A stretch of DNA of 33,000 nucleotides, from NCBI GenBank assembly GCA_011109175.1, contig RDEW01000047.1, positions 82,324 to 115,323 on the forward strand, read 5' to 3'. The stretch's first letter is position 1. Each line of letters opens with the position of its first letter. Positions 21,648 through 32,829 of the stretch are shown here, piece after piece. Under the pieces are notes generated by a model, which saw nothing but the letters and a program-made list of their open reading frames with translations, was not told the DNA's origin and ran no database searches. This stretch comes from Dicyema japonicum (Eukaryota > Animalia > Dicyemida). Both the position numbers and the translations under genes were made by a program.

Positions 21648-21905
21648 CGTGGTGCCAGTAGCTAATTGGTTGAAGATTTCTCTTCCTTCCTTGTGGCAGT
21701 ATCTTTCCTCGTTTTACTAGTGTCAGGTAATCCATCTGTCTTATGTGAAGCCTAGGGATGAAACGTTGAAGGTTCATTCGCTCTCCCCCACTCCATTGGA
21801 GAGGTTTCCACAACTGGATGTGTTGTTCCCTTTCCGTTGGTTCTAAACTTTTATTTGACATTGGAAGAACTCTCTGCCGTGATGCTGTATACATTTGATT
21901 GGTTG
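21648..21905 (+). repeat. Diverged copy of the structured-RNA repeat family, bounded by imperfect direct repeats
   Basis: CGTGGTGCC..AATTGGTTG at the left end and CGTGATGCT..GATTGGTTG at the right end. Internal ATCCATCTGTCT and GCTCTCCCCCAC..GGAGAGGTTTCCACAACTG match 18356-18442. Confidence 0.65.
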
Positions 21906-22312
21906 TACTATCTACTTCTTTATCAATTAAATTAAGAGTACCTCAATCACGTAATTTTTTTAAAAATTTTGGTTAAATAAAAATCGTTATTTACTCATTA
22001 AAACTGCAATAGCCAAAAATCGCAGTAAAGAGTGCATTAGCAGTGGAGAAATATTATTTGAAATTTATAAATTAAACTCACTTGGCGTGAAATTAATTAT
22101 TCGTAATAATTTTTAATTTTTTTAGAAAATTAGAGTTTGATCAGTCTCCCTGGAAATTAATTTTCGGGTATGATTGGATTGACCAGAGTCACAAATAACC
22201 GTGAAAAGCTATTTTAAAACAAAAACTTTTTAAATTAATATCTGACAAATTATTTGAGAATTTACTATCGGTAAATTAGGATATTTAATCAACAAAATCG
22301 TTATTCACCGCA

Positions 22313-22696
22313 ATGACGGATAAAGTAGGCGATTTTTGAAAATTTAGGGGAGCCCATTCTCAATCGTTGAAGAACTTAAAGAGAAAATCTTCAGTGATAG
22401 GAACGCGTTCAAATCACTCAGAAACAAAAATACTAAAGAAAAACTGATTTCTCAAAAAAACATAAAAACCATTGAATTAGACCGCAGAAGAAGTCTCAGG
22501 GTGATGGACCGAAGGATGGAAGAAATGACCACCAACTTAGGGAATTTGGGCAAATTTTCTTCAAGTTTTTTGCTTATATTTATTTTATAGGATACAAAAA
22601 TGATCTGAAAAAAAGTCATACTTATTTTTGAATTTAGGGAACTCTCTACTAAGCTCAAACAAAAATGATTTTAACGAGCAAAATAAAAACGTGTAA
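22313..22696 (+). CDS. Hypothetical 103-aa basic protein, 4 exons
   Basis: ATG at 22313. Introns 22325-22347 (23 nt), 22565-22590 (26 nt) and 22615-22637 (23 nt), all GT..TAG, give an uninterrupted 312-nt ORF (MTDKGSPFSIVEELKEKIF...NEQNKNV*). Confidence 0.6.
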
Positions 22697-23149
22697 TTTT
22701 TTTCCTTTTAAATTGATTTTTACTCCCAATTAATCAGCTCAAGATTCATGGGGGATATAATACTGCACTTTACGCAGATCTATCGCTCCTCCCGGGAAAA
22801 CCATTTGTATTGTTGTGTCTGAGTCCTTTTGTATACGATTCGGATGTTTACTGATGATCACTTCCAAGTCATGAGGGATATACGGTCCTAATAACAAATT
22901 CCGTAGGTTGACTCTCACATTGCAGCTGAAACTTGTCCCATGCAATTTTATAAGAATCTATTAGGTAATTATAAACTCCTAATCAATTAATTATGGTATC
23001 TCCCAAAAAGATGGGGAGATTCGAAGAAAGGAGCCAGGGAGTTGGTATTCCATCTAATAGTCCCCATTTCAAGCGTTCGCGGAACCACGGCCGTTCTCGA
23101 GAATCCCCAAGCTTGAATGAGATCGGTGATCCATTCTATTGGAGGACAT

Positions 23150-23640
23150 CTCTAATGACAGGCCCGGACACATCCAAAGTCCAAAGGCAATTGGGAAAAT
23201 ACGAAAGCACATAATATTTAGCCATCTTGCTCCGTTTAGCAAAGTCAACGGCATGACAGTCTGAGTTTGTACTGGATACCATATTCGTCAGGGATTGGTA
23301 TCCACATAAGTGACATCCAAAATATCGTAGGAGAATTTGTAGAGGCTTTGAGCTCTTTATGCTAAAACTTAATCCCCTTATTTAATGGAATCGATCAATT
23401 TTGTTACCATAGAATCAGAGATGAATTTTCTGAATTTCTGAGTAATCGACGATAAAAAATTACTCAGAGTGAAATGGTCAATCCTCAACATCACGTCCAT
23501 CCATATATTTCACTGTGAGAACCCTTCCTGTAGAAACGAATAGTTTTGGATGTAAAACAGGCACTTGGCGTCTCATTATTATTAACTCCTAAAGACTGGA
23601 AAAAGTTCTCAAATTTTGTCGACTATTATCTAATTGAATT
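23150..23640 (-). pseudogene. Decayed ABC1/UbiB (ADCK)-like atypical kinase fragment
   Basis: VPVLHPKLFVSTGRVLTVKYMDG resembles VP.V...ST.RVLTMEY.DG. YVDTNP plus (frameshift) TNMV resembles HADPHPGN. AVDFA lies 13 residues after that N. Stops and frameshifts present. Confidence 0.35.
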
Positions 23641-23787
23641 TCATTTATCCAATTTCAACTCAATCGATAAAGCACTACACTACTTTAATAGTGGTACGCA
23701 AGGGAATGTAAATTTGTATTAAACGAAGACCACTGATCTCAAGAAAAAATTCTTCCCCCAGAGCCGATTCACTCATAAAAGAAAGAA

Positions 23788-23885
23788 ATTGGAATAGCCA
23801 TACTCCGAGGGGCTAAGACAAAAGATTGGAATAGCCATACTCCGAGGGGCTAAGACAAAAGATTGGAATAGCCATACTCCGAGGG
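23788..23885 (+). repeat. 37-bp minisatellite, ~2.6 copies
   Basis: ATTGGAATAGCCATACTCCGAGGGGCTAAGACAAAAG starts at 23788, 23825 and 23862, with no spacers. Confidence 0.95.
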
Positions 23886-24018
23886 AACTCGTTCGCAATC
23901 CACGCAGCAGGCTTCCTCAACTGACATTTGTTTAATTGTTAAAAAAATTTTTTGTTAAAAAAAAAAGAAATTAATAAATTACCTAAAAAGCCTCCTAAAA
24001 CAATCCTGGGAAAGAAGA

Positions 24019-25723
24019 TTGAGAATTCGTACATTAGAAAGAGAGATCAGGAACAATGCAAAAAAGAAACAAGAGAAAGTTTGGAAAAACCATATGTCCA
24101 ATTTAAAGAAGCAGAATTTCCTTACAAAAACGTGGAAAACACTTAGAAGCTTTAGTAACGCTGACAACCCGGCCACACGTGATGAAATGAAAATCAAGAT
24201 CTTTCTAAACAAACCTATGAAGTACTACTCCTTCACGAGTTACATCCCACACAAGAAATTCGAAGGTCTATCCATCCTAGCCCTCAAACCTAAAAGAGCC
24301 ACCTCCCTGATTGTCCTCTCTGTGGAGAACGTACAGAACATGGTCAAGGGTCAAAAGGCGACTTATTCTTGTGGTCCGGACGGAATCCCTGCAATAGTTT
24401 TGAAAAACATAGGCCCCTATGCTATCATGGCCTTCACAAAAATTTTCAACTTTTCAATCAACAAAAATTATATTCCTTCCAAATGGAAGCTATCAAACAT
24501 ACGATTAATTCTGAAACCCGGACGACCAAAGGGATCACCAGCCTCATACAGACCAATATCTCTCCTATGTGTTACATCAAAACTTTTGGAAAAGCTGATT
24601 CTTGAACTAATCAAGCCATACCTTCCTGATGCACCTTTTCAACACGGATTCAGAAAAGGACACTCCACAGAAACGCATCTTACATTTTTTACAAATTTCA
24701 TCAAGGATGCGCAACCCTCATCAGAAGTCATTGTTATGCTCCATCGATATAAAAAATGCTTTTGATACTGTCCCAAGAAAGTTTTCGACAAGGAAGATCT
24801 TGACGTCAAAAATTCCTAACAACCTGAAAATCTGGATCGCAAATTTTCTAAATGGAAGAAGAGGAAGAGTAACTGCTGGAAAAACTAGATCAGTGGTGTC
24901 CAAATGGGGTCCCTCAAGGATCTCCACTTTCACCACACCTATTTAACCTATTTTTGAATGATATGCCCTCTCTTACCAGTGACGATACTCTGGTTCTGAC
25001 AAATGCGGATAATATAATCGTCGCAGTCAAAGACCAGTGCGTTAATACTGCTGTTTACCGGATACAAGCTTCATTGGACGATCTGAACTGTTGGCTCGTT
25101 AAGAACATTCTACATACAAGTCCCGAAAAGTCTTATACAACAATTTTCACAACACACAGAAAATTGACAAACTTCACTCCATGTGTAGCCATAAATGGAA
25201 ACTCAATTCCCACGACCAACTCGGTCAAGATACTGGGCGTAACTTACGACCCACTTTTGACCTTCAGCAAACACATCGACAACGTCATCTCTTGGGCACA
25301 ACGAAAGCTAAATTTTGTTAAAACACTCCTTGGACAATATAATGAATGTTTCAACTCAAATTTGGACTCCCTCTACGTGCAGTATATTCAACCGTCTCTA
25401 ACTTACGGGTGTGCAGCATGGGGAACCAAACTATCAAACAGGAATATAGAAAAAAATCAATACCTTCCAAAAAATGGCCACTAAGGCTTTGCAAAGGTTT
25501 CTTGGACACCTCTAAACCCTACACCTTTTGAGGAACTAGTGAGGAAAACCGGAGCTTTACTACCCTCCAAAAAAGTTAGAAACCCCCGCCCAATCCGGAA
25601 ATGCGTTGGAACCAGGGAAGAACACCGAGCAAGAATGAGATGGCTACTCGAGGCGGCCGGAAACACCTGACGGCTGTGTAGTTATTTAATTTGTCGGTGA
25701 TTTTTGGTTTTTAATAATAATAA
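24019..25723 (+). mobile_element. 5'-truncated APE-type LINE (same family as 18828-20791), frameshifted
   Basis: SCGPDGIP, SYRPISLL, QHGFRKGHST, IDIKNAFDTV, NAD(N) at the YADD position, ILGVTYD. Ends WLLEAAGNT* with (TAA)4 at 25712-25723. Confidence 0.92.
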
Positions 25724-25950
25724 CCCCAGGTTTACAATGGTAAGACCAGCACAAACAGTCATAACTAGGGCAATTTAAGTGCTAAAATGCTATTTTTATT
25801 ATTTATACTTTTTTAAATATACGATTGAATTTGGAATAATTATTTTTTTATTTTGTTTAAAAAAAACATACATTATAAATGCTATAAGTGCTATTTTTAA
25901 TTTTAAATGCTTTTTTTGTTTAACTGCTAATTTAAATTGCAGTTAATAAT

Positions 25951-26580
25951 GTGTTTACGGATTCCGAAATTCGCGGAGCACTCCTTCGGCTGAATAACAA
26001 CATAGCAACTGGCTATGACAATATTTGTGGGGAGTTGTTAAAATACGCACCAACCCAGCTAGCAGAAAAGATAACTTTCATATTCAACAAGATATTCAGG
26101 ACTCATTGTTCAATTGACATCGCGATGGGAGTTCTACTTCCTCTACAAAAACCTGGCAAACCTGCAGGTCCAATTGAAAATTTCAAGGCGATCGTGCATT
26201 TGACCACTTTGCGAAAAACATTGTCGATTACAACATGTTTTTCGAAAAGATGTGGAGTATTTGGACTCGCAGAAAACTTATCTCCTTAAATCTTCGGATG
26301 CGCTTATATGCGCGTTCATACAACCAGTCCTATTATATAACTCGGGAACATGGGGAACATCAAAAACGGACCGTGACTGACTAGACACATTTCATAGAAA
26401 TCAATTGATAAAAATTGCGGGAACTAAATGGCCACAGATTATCAAAAAAGACATTCTCTACAAATTATGTAAATGCAAACCGATAAGCAGAGAAGTAATT
26501 ACCTTACGCTGGCTACTTATCGGACATGTTCTGAGAATGGGCGAAGTGATTCCTTGCAATCAAATGATGGAAGATTACTA
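25951..26580 (+). mobile_element. RTE-clade fragment with the RT core deleted, nested in the hAT element
   Basis: LNNNIATGYDNICGELLKY..LLPLQKPGKPAGP is joined directly to PVLLYNSGTW..WPQII..LRWLLIGHVLRM. Confidence 0.8.
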
Positions 26581-26594
26581 ATATACAAGGACTA

Positions 26595-26821
26595 CATTTT
26601 GATAATGACAAGGCAAATATCAAAAATTATATAAATAAAAGAATGGAGAAAATGGATTTAAACTTATTATTGAAATGACTGAACCAAAAATTAGCTAACA
26701 AGATTATTTTTCTCTTTCACGCTGTCAGGCATCCTATGCATCTGTTGAAAGAGCAATTAAAATGCTAAAAAATATTTTAAAAAAAGATAGGAACTTCCAT
26801 CCAGACAATATCAGGCATTAA
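26595..26821 (+). pseudogene. hAT transposase C-terminal (dimerisation-domain-like) remnant
   Basis: CQASYASVERAIKMLKNILKKDRNFHPDNI resembles the hAT TS..VERSFS..K.IL...R motif. Confidence 0.6.
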
Positions 26822-26879
26822 CTTTTATTATATTACAATAAATAAAATTGAAAAAATCCCATTTTTGAGTGATGAAAGG

Positions 26880-27357
26880 ACATTTAAACAATAGAAGTCA
26901 GGTAGTTGCCGCCCTCACTGCGTGGCTGTTCCCTCTCAAAATTGCGAGCGAAATTCGCTCAAATAGCCAGCGGCGTTCACGGAGATCTCCAGTGCATGAG
27001 GTGATTCGGTTTCCAAGACGTCCGAGAAACTCGAGTGTAGAGAGCGGAGTAGGATCCGGAAGTCTCCATAGCAAGGGGAACAAATTTGACATCATCGGGA
27101 AGGTCGACGTATTTAACAAGTTTGGCCTTCTCCGCCTTTACGGATGCTGAACAGGCCCTTGTAGCACTCTCGTGAAGATTTTTTCTGGGCGAACGTGTCT
27201 GTACATGTCACATTCCAAACCAGTGGTTTCCCGGCCTCAAATGGAAATATGGTCATCCCGTCCGGTCGTTTCCCGTCACTTCTGCATAACCCGACCGGTT
27301 CAAGAATGGCCGAGTATCCAGCGGCATCCATAGCTCGCCTGACAATTTCATTCTTCC
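26880..27357 (-). mobile_element. Second CRE-like restriction-like endonuclease fragment, nested in the hAT element
   Basis: NEIVRRAMDAAG..LEPVGLCRSDGKRPDGMTIFPF..WNVTCTDTFA; TGDLRERRWLFERISLAILRGN. Frameshifted. Confidence 0.85.
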
Positions 27358-27844
27358 AAATAAAATTTAAAATGTTATATTTTATTATTTTAAGTTATAG
27401 ATTAGACAAATTTAAATGCTAGATTTTATCATTTTAAGTGCTAACTTTTTTAATTATAATTGCTAGATTTTGTGATTTTTTAGCGCTAAAAAAATTTTTT
27501 TTAAGTGCTAGAAACAACTTGCCCTAGTCATAACTAACTAATCCCAGGGAGGAACCAAAGGGAGAACATGCCGACCAAATCCATTTCCCAATACTTAATT
27601 AAAGGCTTCCAATTCCGAAGAGAAATGTGGAAGTAGGTCCGCCCTCTTCTATTTTGTCCCACGTCCTACCGTCGCGGACATCATTTCATTCTTTAACGGT
27701 ATAGTTTTCATAATGCAATCTTTATCAGAGGATTTGGTAAGGGAAAAAGGTAGGAAGATTCCTTTTAACTACTGTGTCGTGCCAACTCGTCTCCTCACGG
27801 GTGGGATCTGTTTGACAAGAATTGACCTTCGCTGAAAAAACTCA

Positions 27845-27912
27845 ATCTTTCGGATTCGAACCCACGACCTTCAGATCCGATGTCATTAGACGTTACGTTC
27901 AGCCAGAAGGCC
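27845..27912 (-). mobile_element. tRNA-derived Pol III head (SINE-like)
   Basis: Minus strand GGCCTTC-TGGCTGAACG (degenerate A box) and GGTTCGAATCC (B box, plus 27852-27862). No acceptor stem. Confidence 0.5.
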
Positions 27913-27989
27913 TTCATGAGACAGATGGATCACATGACGCCTCTCAGGAGTCTTACACTTAATATATCAATTGATAAATTCAATAAAGC

Positions 27990-28160
27990 AATAATTTCTA
28001 GAGTACGAGTTTCTCCATTAGGCGCGATAATGCGCTCGTTAATGAAATTGGAGGTAGGAAAGAAGGTGAAGATTTCGTTTTTCCTGGTTTAAGGATTGGT
28101 ATTATAAGTGAGTTTTCCATTTGCATGGATTACGTTCATGTTAGAAGACAAATTTAAAAT
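27990..28160 (-). mobile_element. LINE reverse transcriptase fragment
   Basis: IIPILKPGKTKSSPSFLPPISLTSALSRLMEKLVL. Confidence 0.7.
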
Positions 28161-28381
28161 TGACGTAATCGAATTGATTGCAACATTACCAAAATGTTTT
28201 AACAAAATTCTAGCTCAACGACTTCGCTGATAATTCTAGCTCAACGACTTCGATACAGTCGAAGATTACTTCCATGAACTGGACCTCACACAGAAATGTT
28301 TGCTCCATCGTTCACTACAGTGCCTACTGTCGTCTACAAGTCCACTTTAATAGACACAAATTGGAGTATCTTACTTGATTA

Positions 28382-28700
28382 TTGGGAAAATACATGTCAG
28401 TTTATGAATCATTTAAAAATTTGAGTCTTAAAGACATTGTTCTATTTATAAAAATAGCCTGGGAAGATGTATCCTCTAAAACAATCAAAAATTGTTTTCA
28501 AATTCTAAAAAAATCGGGTACTAACACACTTTTAGTAAATGTGAACATAAGAAATATAATCTAATATGGATATTCAAGATCCGATTGAAATCGAAGAATT
28601 TATGTCTATATATTATTCTAAAAAATGCAATAGATGAAGAAGAAGTAACATCGTTAACTGATGATAATGAGTATACTCATCCATGAAGAAACTACTGAAT
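28382..28700 (+). mobile_element. pogo/Tigger-like transposase C-terminal remnant
   Basis: LSLKDIVLFIKIAWEDVSSKTIKNCF resembles the Tigger ..DA...I..AW..V...TI.NCW motif, followed by an acidic tail. Confidence 0.6.
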
Positions 28701-28761
28701 TGAAACCCTAAACAAGAATGAAATAGCACAAAAAGTTAAGCGAAATTGAAAAAAAATCTTC

Positions 28762-29197
28762 TTGAGAACGTTGAAAACGAGAGGATGTCGTCCTTGGACA
28801 ACTCTAAACCCTACACCTTTTGAGGAATTAGTGAGGAAAACCGGAGCTTTACTACCCTCCAAAAAAGTTAGAAACCCCCTCCTAATCCGGAAATGCGTTG
28901 GAACCCGGGAAGAATACCGAGCAAGAATGAGATGGCTACTCGAGGCGGCCGGAATCACCTGACGGCTATGTAGTTATTTAATCTGTCGGTGATTTTTGGT
29001 TTTTAAATAATAATAACTCCAGGTTTACAATGGTAAAGACTAGCACAAACAGTCATAACTAACTAATCCCAGGGAAGAACCAAAAGGAGAACATGCCAAC
29101 CAAATCCATTTTCCAATACTTCATTAAAGGCTTCCAATTCCGAAGAGAGATGTTCTATTTTGTCCCACGTCCTACCGTCGCGGACATCATTTCATTC
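28762..29197 (+). mobile_element. LINE 3' end plus the same downstream flank as the 25.7-kb copy (duplicated block)
   Basis: RMRWLLEAAGIT*, (TAA)n tail to ~29017, then ~180 bp homologous to 25724-25765 plus 27535-27691. Confidence 0.85.
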
Positions 29198-29390
29198 AGC
29201 CGGGTGGCTTAGTGGTTAGGTGTCGGGCTTAAGTGGCTTAGGCTACGGGTTCGAATCTCGCTGCTTTCACCTGGTGGAAGGTTCCACGCATCTACGATGC
29301 GGAAAGGGTTTTGACGAGTGACGCCGTCATCAGTGAATACTCACTGCGGAACTGGATTGTCTAGAAAGGACACTCCTTATTACATCTATT
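29198..29390 (+). mobile_element. tRNA-derived SINE with a hairpin-rich body
   Basis: A box TGGCTTAGTGG (29205-29215) and B box GGTTCGAATC (29248-29257). No acceptor stem. Hairpins CGCATC/GATGCG and CAGTGA/TCACTG. The 3' limit is approximate. Confidence 0.7.
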
Positions 29391-29939
29391 AGAATGCAAA
29401 TATTAGAAATATAAAAAAGAAGCAAATAGGAATTGAATTTTATTTCGATAAAATTCGATAGTAAAATCAAATTTACCCAGATTTACCACAAAAAACGCTG
29501 AAACCATAATTGGCAAATTTGGGAGAGTTTAGTGTATAAATTGCCTTGAGAGCAACATAATCTCCTCATCTCAGCTAAAATTAAACTTTGTAAAAACGCT
29601 ACTTGGATACTACAAGAGATGGTTCCTTTGTTTTGTCGATGATTCTTTGTTCTAAATAAATACTGAAAAGCCTAACGAGGCTATGGAAAAACGTGAACCA
29701 TTCCGTACTAAAAACAGTTCACTCGCAAATATTAAGCCATGCATTTCCCATGCTTCATGGGGTCTTCGAATAATGCTCAGAAAATCGAGCTACATAAAAG
29801 TGTTTTTGGAGTGAAAGAGAAGTGGTCTATGGACAAAAAAAAACATGATGTCGACATCCCAATCAGAAGGAATAATGAAGGACGCCTGATCCAACGTGAT
29901 CAAGAGACAACCCGACCCCGACGAGCTAGTGTAGGATCG

Positions 29940-32070
29940 AGCCAAATGAGAGCTTGGATTAAATTTGTCGGGGTCAACTCAACATAGCTGGAGTGAGAGG
30001 AATTTTCTTAAAGAAGTAGGACGTCGACATGTGCCTCCTACAGGAGACGAAACTGACACATTTTTCCCCCATTCCAACACTTCCAGGATACACTGTTATC
30101 AGAAAGGATCGCCATTTGGCTGTGGAGGAGTCACTACTCTCGTCAAAAGTGAGATCGGGAACACAATAACGCCTTCGCATTATGATCCTCCATCTCCCGT
30201 TGAATACATTGGGATCTACATTCAAAACAAACATGGGATAATTTCATAATCCTTAACGACTATCGGATGAACATAAGAACACCTTATAAAAATTATGACA
30301 CGACTTTACCTGATTTGACCCTTGCCACCCTTAACACTGCTTCTATTGCCAACTGGTCTGTGATTTTTGACTTCGATCACAATTCTATTATCATTAAGAT
30401 AAAGGACACGCTCATCTCTGAAAGAATACGAAAGACAGATTTAGATGCACTACGTTTCAACTCATTCAATTATGCAGTTTCTCACGTTAACAGAACGTTC
30501 CATAAGGCAATGAAAGTATTCATCGAGAAAGAACAATCAAATCCACATTAAATGTTTTGACCTCAAAAGGATTACGAATGAACGTAATCGACTCAAAAAT
30601 ATCCAAAGGCCATCAACAGAAATTAGATGCCGAATCCGAGTACTGGGTAGCGAAATAAAATCTTTAAGAAAGTGAAAGTGGACGAATGGAGAAAAATCAC
30701 CTCCGCGTTTAACAAGCAGAGGTCCCTGTCAATCATGTGGAAGACTCTCTCAAAGATAAAAAACCCTCGGATTTCAGTAAAAAGGAACTCGATAGAATGA
30801 TGAAGTTCTAGGCTCAGAACAGCTACTTCATAAAAAGCACGAGGGTCCTCCTGATAGAACCCAGATGTCGTTATTTAATTCTCACCAGTGGAAGTGAAAA
30901 GGGGGATTAAATCCCAAAAGCTAACCTACTCAAGCGGACCAAATAAAATTCCTATAATTGTTATCAAAAAGCTTGGACTCAGGGCACTCAATGCACTAAC
31001 AAAGATATACAACATATCCATAGAAACACAATTCCAATAATGTGAAAGTTGGCCCACATCCGCTCAATACAGAAACCTGGAAAACCAAGAGTCCCCTTTT
31101 TTATCGACCAATATCCTTATTAGCCTATTGTCAAAAAATCTTTAAAAAATGGTCTTGGACCATATCTTATCATATTTACCTATAGAATCCTATATAAGAC
31201 CTATCTACAAATCAGCACTTGCAAACCCACACCAACTTTATTGTGGCGGAACTTGAGTCAATGTCTAGGCACTTCAAAACTGCAGGGCTTTTGACTCGGT
31301 CCCCAAGAAAATCTTAACGAGGAAGATCTACCGCTTAGAAATCCCAAGAATTTTCAAGAGATAGCTCTGGAACGTTTTCTCTGATAGAAGAGGAAAATTC
31401 GTAATAAAGCCTGCCAATTCGTCTTAAAAATGTTTCCAAACGGCGTGCCTCAGGGTTCCCCCTTATTACCATCCCTTTTAACTTATTCTTGCAAGATATT
31501 CCAATTGATTCGGTGCCAATGACATAATAGATGCTTGCAAGGATGTGTTACGACAGCTACGAAGAAATTGCAAACTACTCTGGACAGACATCATGAATGG
31601 TTGAAAAATTCAATTTCAAAGTCCAGGAAAATCTTCGACCTTTTTTTATGTCGAATAGAAGGCAGTCAAGTTATTCGTGTCTTCGTGAAGGTGGTCATCT
31701 CAAAATTTAAAGGATCCTCAAAGCGGTAACTATCCACGTTGTACATCCAATTCATCGAATCAACTATGGATGTGCAGGATGGGGAACAAAACTTGCCAGA
31801 ACAAACATGGTATAGATCAACTCCGCTCAATCCAGTATAACCAAAACGATCTCTCGAATCACAGGACTACCAATAAGGTCCTTGTGAGAAAATATGTTGG
31901 CATATCCACCAAAAATAGAAAACCGCCAGAAGAACGGCGCTATCGAAAATGTGTCGGTTTCCGAGAGCAACACCGGGAAAAGATGAGAATATTGCTGAGA
32001 GAAGCCGGGATCACCTGATGGCGTTTTCCTTTTAATTAGTGTTTACCTGGTGATTTTTGGTTTATTAATA
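29940..32070 (+). mobile_element. Near full-length but heavily decayed LINE ORF2 (APE endonuclease plus RT)
   Basis: DVDMCLLQETKL..PGYTVIRKDR and GGVTTLVK (APE), YRPIS, GVPQGSPL, LLREAGIT*, then a 3' UTR like the other copies. Numerous frameshifts. Confidence 0.85.
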
Positions 32071-32766
32071 ATCAAAAAGTCTTAAATTCTAATTTTAAAT
32101 TAAAATTAGTTTCTATAGAAACTAATGACTACATCAAATAGGAGAAATAATATTCCCAGCGATCTACTGATGGAAGTAGTGATTATTGTTACCATTTAGT
32201 TCTTAAATTATATATTTACGAAAGACTGGGAAAATGCTAAAACTCTGTGCAAAAAACGTATTTTATTTTTGAACTGTGGTAGTTTTGGACGAATATCCCG
32301 ACAGCTCTGATTTACTGAATTCCTACCTTCCACTGATTGAGGAAATGATTTCTCTTGGTAAAAGTAAATTTTATTAAAGCTGCCGACGAAAGTGAATCAG
32401 AGTCCATTGACTACTCATCTGAAGAATCGGATGAAAGTTCTACATGATTTGTTTATCAAAAATATTTTAATTTGTCATGAAAATTTTAATTAAGGACAAT
32501 TCAAGCTTTCTGAAAACATAAAACTGAAGGACACAGTCATTTCTGACTATTATCCCCTAAAAATTTATTGACCTGACTATGAAGATGAAATTATAAACAA
32601 GAGTTCGCCTAGGAAATGTGATTAGCTGCTCGTATTTATTTAATAACCCCGAATATAGTGTAAAGAGGTTGAGTTAACAAACATCTAACTGGGGTATATC
32701 CAGTTCCCATGGATGGAGTAAGACTCCTTTCTAAACAAGTCTGCAGTCGAGGAGCCTATCCTGCAG

Positions 32767-32829
32767 CTATCCTCTTTTGATCCCGACCAGGGACTGGGAG
32801 TCTCCTGAGAGACGGAGATCACAGACGCC
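32767..32829 (-). ncRNA. Divergent homolog of the HDV-like structured motif
   Basis: Minus strand GGCGTC-TGTGATC-TCC-GTCTCTCA-GGA-GACTCC-CAG-TCCC-TGGTC-GGGA-TCAAAAGA-GGATAG, with compensatory changes in P3 and P4 relative to 18345-18407. Confidence 0.4.

Larger units (their letters stand above)
25766..27526 (+). mobile_element. Internally deleted hAT DNA transposon with nested retroelement fragments
   Basis: TIRs TAGGGCAATTT / AACTTGCCCTA (10/11 match). 8-bp TSD GTCATAAC at 25758-25765 and 27527-27534. The empty site is visible at ~29052-29059. Subterminal (A/T)AATGCTA/AAGTGCTA repeats. Transposase remnant inside. Confidence 0.88.

Noticed and set aside
21636-21665. Penelope-type hammerhead (GAAACGTC on the minus strand)
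   Set aside because: CTGANGA and stem II are absent, and the motif lies in the flank outside the repeat boundary.
23788-23885. 37-bp repeats as a CRISPR array
   Set aside because: Copies are directly adjacent with no spacers, there are no cas genes, and the context is eukaryotic.
29198-29272. Functional tRNA gene
   Set aside because: The acceptor stem does not pair and there is no convincing anticodon arm. It continues into a repeat-like body.
32210-32380. Second hAT transposase remnant (DWENAKTLC..YP..)
   Set aside because: Similarity is too weak and frameshifted, and no TIRs were seen.
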